A stretch of DNA of 64,000 bases from Paramecium tetraurelia (Eukaryota). Shown one piece after another: positions 38,452 through 53,700 of the stretch. The position numbers and the translations under genes were made by a program. The notes below the pieces were generated by a model that saw only the letters and a list, made by a program, of their open reading frames with translations, was not told the DNA's origin and did not search any database. How positions within the stretch are numbered: position 1 is the stretch's first letter; each line of letters begins with the position of its first letter. The DNA is taken from the NCBI GenBank assembly GCA_000165425.1, contig CT868492.1, positions 62,001 to 126,000 on the forward strand, in the 5' to 3' direction.

Positions 38452-41400
38452 ATGTTAAATTATTTGCTCCTGTTTGAATTAATAGTACAATCAATTTAAC
38501 TTAAATGCAGTAACTGATTGAATATCATTAGAGTCAATCAAATTACGCTCTATTGTTCCACTTTCGAAAGAATTGAAAAAGATTTAGGCCAATTGGTTTA
38601 AGGTGAGAATGTTGAATATTCCTTGAATGGAATTAGCGAATATTTCGATATTGTGCAAATTATGAATCCCCTAACAGAAGATTACACCGTTGAAGATTTG
38701 AGTATGAGTTAATTAAGAATTAGCAAATGTAACCTTCATTGATTTACACACAATGAAGAATGGGTTTTATCATGAAAATTCAAGAGCTCTACTGTTTAAA
38801 AAGTATTCAATCTATCAAGTACGTTATCCGACCATTGATCAAGTGTTCTACTCAACAATTCAAAAGTGTTAGTTTGTAAGAGTCATCAGAAATAATGTCA
38901 TCCTATTGGCTTCTGACACTAGATTGTGGATAGCAAAAAATAATGAATATTACTTTGTCGATGGCTAGATCTTAGATATCGAGGTTGAAAATGGTTTCAT
39001 ATTAGTAACTACTTCAAAAAAAGTTGTGATTCTCTATTATGATTATACCCTCAAAGACACTGGCACAGTCATTGATTCACGTCTCTTAAACAGTCTACTA
39101 GACACATACAACAACTATTCAATCATCTAAACCAAGTATGCTTTGAACGATCTCCTCCTATTGGATTCAACCAAAGGAGTAATTGCACTAAGAGTCAAAT
39201 CCATAAATGTATTCGAGTTCGATTCCATCTACTCAAGTCCATTAGAAGCCAATTACTACTCCTTTTCAGTACTCAAAGATCTCAATTCTTACATCTTAGC
39301 CATATCTTTTAATACAAACTAATTGATCGTATATAATCGGCACTAAATCGATCTACAATAATGGTCTATTCAAGATCAAGCTCTCCAGAAAACTAGGATG
39401 GAATTCATTGGAGAATTTGGCAGATAGCAATTCCTCTGCCTGTTTAATTCAACTTCTCTTTTGATACATCAAATCAATCCTTCCTATATAATCAAGACTA
39501 TCACCTTCGAAAGTCCCATGATCGTTACATTCAATGCTTACAAGAGTGAGATCTATTTGGTTCAAGAAACCCAACAACAATCCTTTTTTATTTCCACTGG
39601 ATTGCTTATCATGAAACTCAATAATCAAGCCAATTATGAATTATAAAGTTTATTATTAATCGCAACTGAATTAAATCAATGTGCAGTAACCATCAATTAT
39701 GTCATTTACAATTATTTGGATAACAAACTGTATAAGAAGAACAATCTATAACATCAAATCAAACAACTAATAAATTACCCAACTGATCCTTAAGTACCTA
39801 TTTTTTAAGAAATAGGAGTCTCTGGATCGAACATCAAGGCTCAAATTGAACTCCAGGACGAGAGCATTTCTTTGAAGCTTGGATACATGGAGGATGTCAA
39901 AATCAAAGGAATTGTCTGGTCAGATCTAAATGATCAACCCAATGATTCGGTCTATGTTGACATCTGCGAAGTAGACCAATATGTTTACTACTTGGTCCAA
40001 TCCAAAACACTCAAAGCCACCTTATATCAATGTTCTATCAGTAATCCATACAATGAATTGAACTGCTAAAAAGTTCATTAGTTTTATCCCAATAGAATTC
40101 TGAGCAAGGATTCCTTTCAATGGATCCATGACAATTATGTCATCTTTGGTTACATCTCAAAGTTCCAACACACTTTGGAACTTTACAAATTGAGTCAATC
40201 CATTGTCTAAGATATGTTCACTGTAGCTACAAGTCTAAAGGATGAGTAATCTGAAATAACGTCATTTACGTTATCCAAAACTCATGTATTTGTTGTTTAA
40301 TCAAGAAAATAATAAATAGATATCATATCAATAGTCTCTCAACAAGTAATTGATACCATAACAACATTTGATGTGCCCTCTTATCATTTCAATCCTAAGA
40401 CTGTTTAAATCCAATCGAATCTGTTGATCATTACTGGCAATCAGAATATCATAATTGGCTATTTTTTTAATTCCTTCAGATTATTGGATTGCATAACATT
40501 CTCAGATAGTGAGTCCCTCGCAGTTGGAGTAACTAATTATTCATTCTTTGTTGCTATAGATTACGGTTACAAACAAGAAATTAGAGAATATAGTACAAGG
40601 ATGTGGAAAATTAATCTACTAAAAATCATACCTTTATTTCATTACATTTTACACAATCCTTTTCAGATACTCTCTCAAATGAATTTAGTTCTTCTTAAAG
40701 CCTACACTCCAGTATTGTAATAAACTGTGTTATTAATCTATCAGCCTGAAGTTGAGTTGAGAGAGTGCCTAGTTACTAGTGCTCCTTTGGGTTGGTATGC
40801 AGAAAATGAATTGAACTTGGGAGTCACAGCCTTTCATTAATCTGGACTATTGATCCACGCAGGATCTTAGAAGTATTTTAAGAATTTCTTTGTGGCTAAG
40901 GACTTTTAGGCTGTAATAACTTCTAAATATGATTCAAATTACATTCACAGAAAGGAACTGAATATATCCTATCTTACAATAGATTCTCCCGGGGTCATTG
41001 AGTAAGTGTAAAATGTAACGTTTCTTAATTTGATGACTAATATTGAGGCTGTTTAAATTCGTGGTGAATTGTATTTGGAATCTAAGATAGTACAAATACC
41101 AAATGATTGGTTTAAGGGGTTGGTGATTGATTTTAAAATAGAATGCTAACAATGCAATGATTAAATAATACTGACACCGAAGGTTCATTAGATTTCAAAT
41201 GTTCACCATTATGAGGATATATTAGGTTATTGTTAATTAAACGAGACTCTCTAAGTGATTCTTACAGATACCAGTCTCATTTTTGTAGATCATCAGCATT
41301 ATGTGAAACATCAGCGTTTCTTCTTTGATTTTGAAAATTCATATACTCCATAGAACATCTGGTGCAGAGACACTATCATACTAATAACAGGGAGTGCTGA

Positions 41401-42568
41401 TGTATTTTGGACTTCGTTCATAGCAATGGTGATTAGGGAGGGAGATTCCTTTAGGTTGGTGGATTAGCCAGTGGTTATTAAAATATTTAAAAAGATATTG
41501 TAACTTGAGATTCTAGAACATTTCAATTTTATTCTTTTATAAGCAAATGATGAGGATGACCAATCAAATTTATGCACATGGCATATAAATTACGCTTCTC
41601 CCAATTTCCTGAGTTTCTCCAAGATGTCATGCATTGATAAGTCAAAACATCCAAACTTTTTGGTGAGGAGCTTTATCACCTATTCATTTGGAAACTTGGT
41701 AAGAGTGTTTATGAATGAATTAAATTTTGGGATCTATGTGTAAGATTTCCAATACTAAAACGATTTCATAAGGTCTTTGATTATTCTTAATGATGTGATT
41801 AGAATATCTCCCAAGAGCAATCTGGAAGCTTTGTTGGGCGAGAAAATAAACGAAGGGATTACGTATCATAAAATTTTAAAGTGTGGAGACGAGGCGAATA
41901 AGAATTACTAAATTTTCAATGTGATTCTGTTGACGAGAGAAATTGCTCATTTAATGATGATTGTTTAGTTTGAAGATGAATTATTTAAGGAAATCATAAT
42001 AACCAGATTGATTCAGAGGTATTCAGACTTTAAATTGATGTTTCAATCCTCAGTTGCTAAAGATTACTTAGCACTGGCTTACAAGAAAGAATCCACTCAT
42101 TAGTACTCCATTTGCTTATACAAATTAGATACTAAGTCTGATATCATCTTGTAATTTGGAGGAATTGAGATCGTAGAATCCCATAACTAATTCTTCTCCC
42201 TTCTCTATGATGAGAATGACCAACTATTACTTCAATTGTAATTATCCAACAAAAATTTGTCCCTGTATAAAGTTGAAGAATTTGCAACACTCACTTTCTT
42301 AGAAGAAGCTCACGAATAACAATTGGTGTTGACAGCTAGCAATCTAGTTTCGTCAGCCAGCATGATTGTCCAAGCGTACGAAATTGTACAGACATCTTCA
42401 ATGACGTAAGAATTTATGCTATGTATTAGGTACTGGATCTTACTTATACTTTTACTTCTCGCAATTACGATTCTGTCTTTAATGTTTTTTGTTATTTATT
42501 GGAAAAACCGGTAGAAGAAATAGAGAAAGAAAATGTCACTACAACAATAATCATTAATACTTAAATGA
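38452..42568 (+). CDS. Large type-I membrane protein, surface-array member 2 (~1350 aa)
   Basis: Signal-like MLNYLLLFELIVQSIQLKC; motifs QGENV, SGSNI, ELRECLV, DWFKG; TM YWILLILLLLAITILSLMFFVIYW + KNRQKKQRKK. Confidence 0.8.
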
Positions 42569-42578
42569 GTTATATAAG

Positions 42579-45500
42579 TCATATGATTTATTCTACGTAA
42601 GGTTCATACCCTTTCAAATTTAGTCCGTTTTTATAGGGATCAAAGGGATTCTATCCATTATCAAATATCCCCTATTCCTACATTTCTCCAAACTTCTGGA
42701 TCTGCTCTTCCAAGATCTTATCCCCAGGCAAATTCAATTTGTTTTCGAAGGATGAATCAATTAAGAACTCCGTATTCAGCAACACCGACTTAACTATGTC
42801 CTTTTTCTACTTCCCCACTTCTGGCGGGAAGATCTCCTAAGGCGAGTAAGGATTGAAACTGAAAGCCTTCATCTTCATTAGCTTTTGTAGTTACCCAATC
42901 AGAATGGAGAATACACTCTTTTCTTTACCAATCATCTTTCCTTTAATTGTGTTTATCCACAATCTGCAAATTCGATTATTAATGTACGGACAATCCAGTG
43001 AAAATAGAAACATATTCAATGATTGTATATAAACCTCTCCTTCTTCCTCCAGTATGTCTCTGGCGAATCTCTTGTACGCATAAACTATTTAAGTCATGTT
43101 CCTGTGACATAAACACAAGGGAGGAAGAGTCTCTAATTCTATCAGCAAAGCTGGTCTACGGGATCTTTTGGCAGAACTAATAGTTAAATGAGGAATGATC
43201 TCTCCCTTTATCTTTGCAGCCAAACTCGCAAATCCCCCTCTTTTGCATCTCACATCCCCTCGATTTATTGCTATCTCTTATTCTATGATCCCACCCTTCA
43301 ATGGAAGATCGAAGGTCCCCTATTAAATGATGTGGGAAAATGGGATCTCAACAAATCCACAACTCACTTTTTACACCACACCATTCTCCAAATAGTAGCT
43401 AATCAATTCAAATAGCAAAATTAAATGTAAATCGTTGTGCTTTTTCTCACAATTCAAGAAAAAACCATTACTCCTATTCCGAGATGGGAATTCCCAAATA
43501 TCCTCATTTTCCTCATTGTACTTAGCCTTCACAATTACAGTATTCTCTACGAACTCCTTATAAAACTTATCGTATATTCCCACCACAACTTCTCTCCTGA
43601 AACACGATTTCTTATCCTCTGGTGATGGTATTCCTTCGCCAGACAAAATCTTGACTTTGTAGACATTCCATGCCTTGCCTTTTTGCTCAACTTAAAATTT
43701 CCCCAATACATCAGGCTTAAATCGAAAAGAAGAACTGGGTGGGTTTGCTTTGATCGAGAAGGGTCTTATATAATTAAACGGCATTTTTTAATAAAAGATT
43801 CGTTGTGCTCTTAGTGAATTCTCGTAGTAACCTTTCATCTAATATTTGATTTAGCAATTACTCGAAATAGCAACTCATTCAATCTATACTCAATCAAGGG
43901 GTGTTAATGAATCAAATAAAAAAAATCCTCCAAATTTATATAACCACTTCTCTCTCTATCCAATGTTTAATAAATGAAAATCACGTCCTCAAATTTCACA
44001 TTCAAATTCACCTTCTCGAACAACTACCTAATTTTACTCTATTTTAACATTACTTTAATTATTGCATATTAACAACTTCAGTCTCAGCTTCCTTATATTA
44101 ATCGAACTCCTATTTCAATAGATATATCAATTTTTGAGAATTATAAAAGGTCTTTAATTGCAGCAATACAAACTTCTCAAATCCTCCATAATCATACGAC
44201 TTTTATTGCATCAACGTTTGACCCTTAATCAAAATGCCTAATTTCAGAAGTCCAAAGAACATTTGCTATTGTGTCAAATATTTCAATTGAATTGTGTCCA
44301 AATCCTCAAAATATTAATATATATCCATCTTTAATTGTTGAGTAGATATCTGTGCCTTCTCCTCCTGTTTTATTTATTATTCTTAGACAACCTCCTTTTG
44401 CTATGATTGCTTACTCAATAACCCTTATACTTGTTTCAAATCCAATTTGTCAGGGGAGTTCTGATTTGATTAGTCAGATGACTTGGGACTCATTATAATC
44501 TACGCTGACAATCTATTCAATGACTTCTTATTCAAATTCCTTTACAATTCGTACAATTCCTTAAACTATTCTTAATTTAAAGGCGAATTTATTTGATCAG
44601 TCTTGTCTGATATTGACAACTCGTGCTTCTTCTTCTTTATGAATTAATCAAACTCAAGATCTGTTATATTGAAACTTTTCTAATCAAGTTTACTTTCTTA
44701 GATCATCTAAAAAATGGCATTCGCACTCTCCTTGTCCACCTTGCCATTCGTTACCTAAATTGTCTATTTAATAAAATGATCCTTGCTTATTTTATTCTTT
44801 TCTTTAAAGTACTACTCCTGTAACTATGATAAATTATCAATTGAATTAAAGTACAATAACATCAATTAGAGTTAAAACTTCTGTATTTTGGCAGTTTATT
44901 ATAATCTTAAGGTTTTTTGATTCTCTATGATTTTGAGAGCGTCTGTTAGCAATTTATTGTAAGCCACAACCTCCTCGTCCTTCTCAACCTAAAGGAATAT
45001 CCTGATTGCATTCATCTCAATCTTAGACAGAGCTCTGTCTATATACATGGATAGGATATCAATGAAAATGTACAAAGCAACCTCTCCAGATGATGCCTGA
45101 TCCTAATCCTACAACAGCAAACTAAATGTCATCACAGAATCATCCTGAATTATTAGATTGACCAAAGATTAATACATTTCCAAATTCAAACTTGAGTCAA
45201 CTGCTTAAGGACTTTGTTAAAGCTTCTACTTAAATAGTTGAAAGTTCATCGAAGAGTTTCCATAGTCAGTCATCAAATTATGAACAACAGACATTTGCTT
45301 TTCCTCAAATCCCCATTCCCATTCCTTATTCAATAATTTCAGGGAATCAGCTGTAAATAGCTTTTCGGATTATGTGATTTCATCAAAAAAGATGTCAACC
45401 AATATACGATACTTGATGATTATGTGATTTAATGCCATAAACATTAATTCTGGTTAATCATCAACAATATGATAGCATAATTTCAAAGTGCTCAGTCCAT

Positions 45501-46212
45501 CTTTCACTTTGTAATATTTGTTTATTATTCTGTAATTATCTTCTCCAATTTCAATATTTACATATTTAAACGCCTATTCCAATTCACTCTAACGCAGAAG
45601 AAACTCCGCATTAGGATCATCCAACGCGGTGAATAAATCAAATGGGTGTATTTGCTTAAACATAAACTCAGTCTTCAACCACTCTATTAATTTCACTCTC
45701 AAATTCTCATCCTTCTTCTCCTACTCCTCCATCTCCAATTACTTTTGCGTCGATAGTTAAAATTTACTCTATCGATTATTGGAAATTGGGTCTGGAGTTG
45801 AATCAGGAGAAAAGGAAGTAAAAGATGTCTGACTTACCTTTTATTCCTTTCCTTTAAAAGCCCGATGAGCATTGTTTAAAATTGAAATTCTTTGTCTTTT
45901 CTTTTTTGCTAAATCTTTTTTATTCTAATCTTGCTCTTATTCTTGACCTGGCTACACAACTTATTAAGACACTACATCTTGTTCCTGTTACATTTCTTAA
46001 TGTTCAATTAGTTCTTCATTTTGCTCACCATCTTAATGGCCTTTCTCCAAAGATTGATTTCGCGAATGCTCTTTGCTTAGAATTTCATTAGACTTATTAT
46101 CCTTTGGAGAATTCAAATTTTAAGATGACCCTTAAGAATTTAGCTTTGATTTCGAGTTTGACTGGGACTTATTCAGATGATCTGGAGATTATACTTCAAT
46201 CTCTTGTTACAT
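42579..46212 (-). CDS. EF-hand + nephrocystin-1-like protein (paralog B)
   Basis: Colinear with 2440-6354: GIPSPEDKKSCFRREVVVGIYD..KAKYNEENEDIWEF..LILLFELISY; EF-hand-like DRERSGYINLED; introns 44028-44053 and 43839-43861 at the same positions as paralog A; intact frame. Confidence 0.75.
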
Positions 46213-46241
46213 AATTTTATATATATATATATTTAAGAAAA

Positions 46242-49200
46242 TCAAACTTCTGTTAACAATTTCTATTTCCCTTACCTTCTTCTTTTCTTTTGGCAATATA
46301 TTATGACGGATATCCCCAAGATCACAAACACCACCACAATCACCAATATTATCCATACTTTAAAATGAGAAGGCTCAGGTTCAATCAATTCAATGTTCAA
46401 TCTTAAATTTGTTATAGCTTCTTGTTATGAATTCTTCAATAGAGTTTAAACATCTTCTTAGACTGAATCCATTTCAATGCAAAGTTAAGTGGATCTTCTC
46501 AAAATATGGTGTTCCAATTTGTCTTTGTTTTCTGCCGAACTCAATACATGTAACTACCCCTTATGCTAATAAACAAAGGATTAAACAGTTTTTTGATCTT
46601 AAAGGTTCTACGACTTTACATAGGCAATAGCTGACAAGGGTCCAGTTTTGTTAGTATCATCATTCAAATCATAAAACAATAATTCATGATTCTTTTCGGA
46701 CTAATAAACTAAAGCAAGTATATTTTCCCTCAGGAGTTAACTTTGGTATTCATTATTCAAACTCCAACTACCATATTACTGGTAGCTATTCTTATACTTA
46801 AAAATAGAGAGACTACACAACTCATTTGTTGAACAATCAACCTTATATTCATAGGCATATGAAATAGAATTATTAAAAGTTATAACAATTAAATTTTCAT
46901 TCATTACCAATCCAGTGCATTTGAAATCAAGAGGAATAAACATGCCTTATCCTTTTATACTAGCTGCTAAGTTAAATGTTTAGAAAAAATTCTTTTAAGT
47001 AGTTTAAGCAACATCATAAGCGATTAATTCAAATGAAGCGGATTCGCCTATGCAATAAAAATAATAAACATAATGCTTAATATGTTGAATCTCAATTGAC
47101 TATGGATATTAAAAGGGAAAAACTCTTAAAATAAGTTTAAATTCATTAAAATTTGTGGGATCATCTTTGGTATCATAAGCTATTACATAATTCAATATCC
47201 AAATAAAGAATCTATCCTAGTTTTAAAATGCTTTTTTGATGTAATAATTAAAAGTAATTGATCCAGTTAGCAATGAAAATTTAGAGTCTTTGTATTATAT
47301 TATTTTAACATGATACTATTGATTTTAGGTAGCTTAAACATAAATAAGATCTTTTTGGATATAAAGTATATTAATGAATGAGTATTGATTATCTAATTCG
47401 AATTCTGTAGTTTTAAAATCTGCTTTAGAAACTAAAACAATCTTATTCTTAAACAATTAAATCAAATTTTGATCATCAAATTGCATAATAGATTCACTAT
47501 TTTATAGAGAATCTTCTTATTTTACCAAAGTCTTTTATAATTTGACATCTCCACTTGGTTACTTTAAATCTATATCAAAGGCTTAACCACTATACCAAGA
47601 TTATCCTATATTAAAGCAATGAGCATTATCCCCATCTTTGACATATGTAAAATTCATTTCTTTCTCTGTACTGAATAAATCTACTCCTCGATTTATTAAT
47701 TAAATAGGAACCTCTTCAATGGTGGAGTAATAATCAGTATTAGAAATCTTTCCTTTTAATTTAATACCTTTATTGTAGACTTACTATTTTAATTAAGTAT
47801 TTATGGAAGTTCTTACGAAATAATTGCCGTCTATAAAATATATATAGAATTTTTATGAATTCGCTTCAGTCTCAGTAATGAAAACAAAATTATTTGAAGA
47901 TGATATTTGAGCAGATTGAGTATCTAAAATCATGAATTATGAGTTTAGACTTGTTTCATTAGCTTTGTAAATTAAAATTGCCTTCTTGGCAGTCTTCTCA
48001 TGAGTTCCTATTACGTATAGTTGTTCATTAAAATAATTGCTATCAAATAATGTAATATCGTTTTATGCATGATGATATAAACTATGACTTCTTTAAGAAT
48101 AAATATCCCCAATATTTTGAATATTATATGTGAGAATTCCATACAAATCCTATTATTTTTTCAAAATAGAAAAATGACCATTAGTAATTGCAACACTAAT
48201 AGGTGCTTGGCTCTCTAGTTGTATAAACCAGATTAATGTTAACTTTTGATATTAAATGCTATATAAAGACAATTTAACATTATCGTAGGCAAATAAAAGG
48301 TCCTACTTATACGGTGATGTAAAAATCTAATTCACATCCTTCAATCCTACTGAAAGCTTTTTCCATCCTTGTGTATTGATGCTATAAATTTCAACATCCT
48401 TCTCGATTAATATAAACAAATTGCTTCCATCAGTTGAAATAGTTTTTCCTTAAGTTTGTAACTCAATAATTTAAAATTCTTAGAATTATTTTTAATCAAA
48501 AGGTAAAAAATTGACTTTCACTTATTTATCATTCAAATTGGCAAAATAAAGTCCGTCTTTACTTATCCACCAAATTTGTTTTTGAGAATCTTCCAGCTTT
48601 GGAAAATTTATTTTTTGAAACAAAATATTGCACCCAAAACCCTATTCTGGATGATTTTCACACTTGTAACCTTCTATTTCGAGGTTCTATTTTTGTTGAA
48701 TCAAGTACGCGTATTTTGAATCAAGATCTGAAATCGCCTTTCTGTAAATAACATCCGTTGAGTCTAAATTAGTCTGAATATCATCTTTCTTGTTTTTCAC
48801 CTCTATTTTTAATATGTCGCTATTATAAAATTCAAATTTGAGATTTGGTCCCGTACATGCAGGTTAGAATTTAGCTGTTTATTCATCCAAATTCACTCCG
48901 TATGCAAATAAGGCTGATGATGATTGAGTCAAGTACATTTTTAATGTGTCTATTGGAACTACTCTATAGTAAATAGTAACATAGCACTTAGGCAAATTAT
49001 ATTCTTCTGCAATTTGAACCTAACTATACTCTTCTTAAAGTTAATCGGATCTAAATCTTAAATAATAATCACTATTAATTGTGTAGCGATAGATGTCAGT
49101 ATCATCCAAGGCTAAGATGCTGTCTAAATTTGGATTTGAAATTAGTTTATACTTTGATTAATCCAATAACATTGAATAAAGCTTTTCAAGTTTCTAGTTA

Positions 49201-50207
49201 TAAAGTACAAGGCTATCTGATCTTGAAAGTAAAATATAATTTTGTGTCAAATAAACACTATTTTTTTCTTCTAAAGTGATACTAGCCATATATTCTTGGG
49301 ATGTTTTAGACTTAAAATAAAGATTTTATTCTTGGATAACTACTAATTGATTAGATTCGATATCAAAATCATAAGCTATTGCATTTTGAGTTTTTGTATC
49401 TATATTGTTAATCAAAACCCATTAATCTTCTTATCTGTGGTATTCAATTATTATGAGTTCCCCTTGAGAATTCAATATACTAATTTATCCATTTGAGTGA
49501 GTTTTAAAATCTCTTATTTCTAACTTAAAGGTGTCTTTTTTTAACAATTAAATTAGTGTGGCCTAATTTAGAATCTTAAGTAATTGCACAGTATTTTCTT
49601 CATAAATGTATAATTCTAACTCATTTACTGTGCTTCTTAAAATGTAATTGTCCATTTAATCTAATTTTCTCTGTTAATTCTTGGCTTTTTATATAGGAAT
49701 ATAAGTGTCTTATCCAATTGAGAAGTAATCTTAGTCTCCCTTTTGGCAATCAACAATAAAGATAGAATCGACTTAGACTAAATCATAGCAAATTGAATTA
49801 GGTTAGTCTACTCTTTCTGTTACTGAATTAATAGATGGTAAAGTATTGTAAATATTTGAATTAAATTCCACTTAATATGATTCCTTAAGTTATACTAAAA
49901 TTGCCATTGAATGTAGTGGGTCACGACTGTTTTTTGTTTTATAAAGCTTATATGATACTACCTTACTATCTTATAAAGTGTTAGCTTTTAACTTCTCCGT
50001 TTATTCTATCGGCTTAATGATAGCGAATTTATCATCATCGCTATACAAGGTTATTTTATTGTATTGTTTAAGTTTGAAAATTGAGCCTAACTACAGGTTG
50101 ATAACTTCATTTGGAGTTGAAATGATTTGCATAGCTTCATTTTGCAAATATGAGCAGGCATTTACAAGGATTGTGATCAAGCTTAAAAAACAATAGATTT
50201 TTTTCAT
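46242..50207 (-). CDS. Large type-I membrane protein, surface-array member 3 (~1320 aa)
   Basis: Signal MKKIYCFLSLITILVNA-C; motifs TPNE, CTGPNL, SWYSG; TM VWIILVIVVVFVILGISVIIYC + QKKRR..KLLTEV. Confidence 0.82.
47249..47650 (-). repeat. Near-identical segment, copy 1 (copy 2 at ~51811-52210)
   Basis: About 9 mismatches in the first ~250 nt by eye, no indels, offset 4562; identity decays towards 47650. Confidence 0.92.
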
Positions 50208-50773
50208 ATTTATATTTTTGATGTAATATGGAAATTAATTTTGTATATATATATAATTATCTTAAGTTTAACGAGTAATTTAATTTTATGGAATTTATGC
50301 TTAATCGTCATCAAATCCATAACTTCACTACAAAACTAGATAGTATTAAACAACGCAATAATGAAAAAAAAATTATTTCAATATACTATAACACTCATTC
50401 TTTTGATCCAAATTGTATATTTAAAGTCTCTAGCACAAACATCTAATCATTTGACAAAGATAAAAAAGTAATATTCTCCTTATTAAATCTAAATATTATT
50501 ATGCTCCTTCAATAATGATCAGCCTATTTCTTTTCGATGAAATAATTGCAATTATTATTACTTCCTTTAATATGTCCTAGTAAATGATTTCAGGGATTAT
50601 AATGTCAACCAACATTCATTATTTTCAACAATGGAATAAAACAAGAAATACATTTTATATTTTTATGAAATTATTTACAACATTATTAAACAATTGGATA
50701 AGATAGTGAATTACAAATTCTGAACCAAATTAATTAATTAATGATAATTAATTTACTATATATTTATAATTGA

Positions 50774-53700
50774 TCATGGAATCGTTTCATACTAATCATC
50801 AGATACCTTCTTTTTCTTACAATACCAAATCGTGATTCCAATTCCACCCAACAGAATAACACAACCAATAATTGTTAAGGTTGCCCACAATGGGAATCCT
50901 TTCTTAACATCAGAATCTGGATCTGGACCTGGTGGATTAGGGGGCATATTTGGTGATATTTTCACTAGCACATTAATTGTTGATTCTTGATAATAATTTT
51001 TTAACAAAAATATTACGTTTTGTGTAACTGAATCTTTTTCTGTACAGATCTAAGGAGATCTTCTTAATATATAGTGTTGTAATTTAACTTCATTATCTAC
51101 TGAAGTCAACAAATGTAATTACTCATTAGAACTATAAACGAATGAAATCGTTGGCCTTTATTTAGATTTAGATAAAAAGTGAGCAATTGCCAATTTTGGT
51201 CCAATTTTATTATTCTAACTTTTAAGATCATAGAGCAAAACATCATAACCATCATCTAATTGATAAATTATAGACAAGATGTTTTCATTTAAATAGCTAC
51301 TAGGATATTTTGTATCTATAACTGAATCGCCATATTACTGATATTCAGATATTAAGTTTAACTCTATAATATCACAAATATTCTATTCCTAACATTTAGT
51401 AACCAAGCCAAATTTATAGGATGGAGTTCCAGAAATAACAACCACAAGTTCATTGTTTGCAAAGAATGAATTTCTGCAAATTTAGTTTTAAGGATCATAG
51501 AGTAATTTCTCACTTAAAACATTCCGAATATCTATTAGAGATTGGTAAGGACCGTTTTAGGTTTAAGTTATTTAAAAGCTCTATAGCAATAATAAGCAGC
51601 TCTCATTCAAAAACAAGATCTAATAAACATCATTGCTTTAGACATATAAAATTTCCATAGAACCATCATAAGGGGGAATGCTAATATTTTGAACAAAAGC
51701 ATATTTTTGTAAATTTGATAGTTCATCATTTGTGTTATAAATTTATACTTTCAAATCCACCCAAATAAAGAAATATTTATTAAGCTAGCTAACTTTTTTT
51801 ATTTATGCATTAAAAGTAATTGATCCCGTTAGTAATGAGAATTTAGAGTCTTTGTATTATATTATTTTAAGATGATACTATTGATTTTAGGTAGCTTAGA
51901 CATAAATAAGATCTTTTTGGATATAAAGTACGTTAATGAATGAGTATTTATTATCTAATTCGAATTCTGTAGTTTTAAAATCTGCTTTAGAAACTAAAAC
52001 AATCTTATTCTTAAACAATTAAATCAAATTCTGATCATCAAATTGCATAATAGATTCACTATATTCAATAGAATTTTCTTATTTTACCAAAGTCTTTTAT
52101 AATTGAACATCTCCACTTGGTTATTTTAAATCTATATCAAGAGCTTACCCACTATACCATGATTATCCTAAATCGAAACAATGACCATTTTCCCCAGCTT
52201 TCTCATATTTAAAATTAAATTCATTTTCTACAACAAATAAATCTATTCCTCTATTTATTACTGAAATTGGAAGCTCTTTAATTTCTTAGGTTTTTTCAGA
52301 ATTAAAGACTTTTGCGTTTAATTTTATTATTTCACAATTCTTAATTTATTTATACTTTTTATCTACTTCAATGCTAATAGAAGATGAATCTTTCTAAATA
52401 ATGTATTATGATAGCATTTAAAAGTTAGCATTAGTAATAAATAATGTTTATTCATTAGAGGAAATTTAGCTGCTTGCTAATATAGAATATTCTATGAACT
52501 ATGAATTTATTGCAATTTGATCTAATCTGTAAACAAGCAATACGCGATCTTCATTTTTTTATGCCTCCAAATAAATAAAATTGGAGTTAGAATTACAGCC
52601 TAGACAAAGCTTCAATTGAGTGTAACCTGAAAGGTCTAATTCTTTTGTAATGTATGCATGTTTGAGAGATTGATAGTCATACACAAATGCTTGATATTGA
52701 GTATCTCTTTTTGTAAGTAACAAAAAGTGATTCTCAGAAACTCCAATTTCGACATCTTCATAATCTTTTAAAGAAGTAAACCAAAGCAACTTTGAATTAT
52801 CCGAAATATCAAAGAGATTTAAGGTTTTCTTCTCATAAATCCAAATTCTATCTGAGTTTGCAGATGTAAAGATTTTTTCAGCTGAATGACGAAATACTAA
52901 CCTTTATTTACCAATAATTATCTAATATACAAGCACTTCCTAATCCACCATTATTAATAAATACGAAAGACTTTGCTTGATTTCCTTAATGTTACTATTC
53001 AAAGTTAAGGTTGTAAGAAGAGATATTTGGAATAGATCATTACAATTACAATAGAGTTCAACATTTTTCTCCTTTCCTATTGCTAAGTAGGTATAAAACT
53101 TTGCAAACCATGTTTAAAGAGGGGAATCCTATAATTTGACAAATTCGTGTGTCTTTATAAATGTCCTACACTAAAATTATTTGTCTGCTAAACTGCACAG
53201 ATATCCTGTTATTTTTAAATCTTTATCTTATTCGATAAAACTTGTTTATCCAGCTTCAGGGATAATTTTACGATAAATCACATCCTTTGGATCACCTGCA
53301 TTCAGAATTTCAACCTTTTTGCTTCTACTAAATGAAACCGTTCCAAATTCATTAGGAGTGAACTCTATCTTAATATTTTGTCCAGCGAATGGTTAAGTAA
53401 ATTACAATTATGATTGTTGGTCTAACACGAAACCACCTTTAAAAAAACTATTTGTAACTGTTAGTTATTAATAAATGTCCTTGGAAGCCTTCTCAACAAC
53501 CTTATAATAGCACCAGACTAAACATAAATTATATGAAGTATGCTAATAGATGTTTAGCAATTAATCTTCATTAATTAATTAATTCGATTAAAATCTCAAT
53601 ATCTAATCGCCTTCATGATTTATTGTATACGCATAAAAGTTTTAGAGATCAAACAATAAAAATTAATCAGCAGCTGGATATGAATTCAAAAAGCCTTAAT

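Noticed and set aside
50297..50520. ~73-codon plus-strand ORF in ciliate code
   Set aside because: Expected by chance with only one stop codon; no motif
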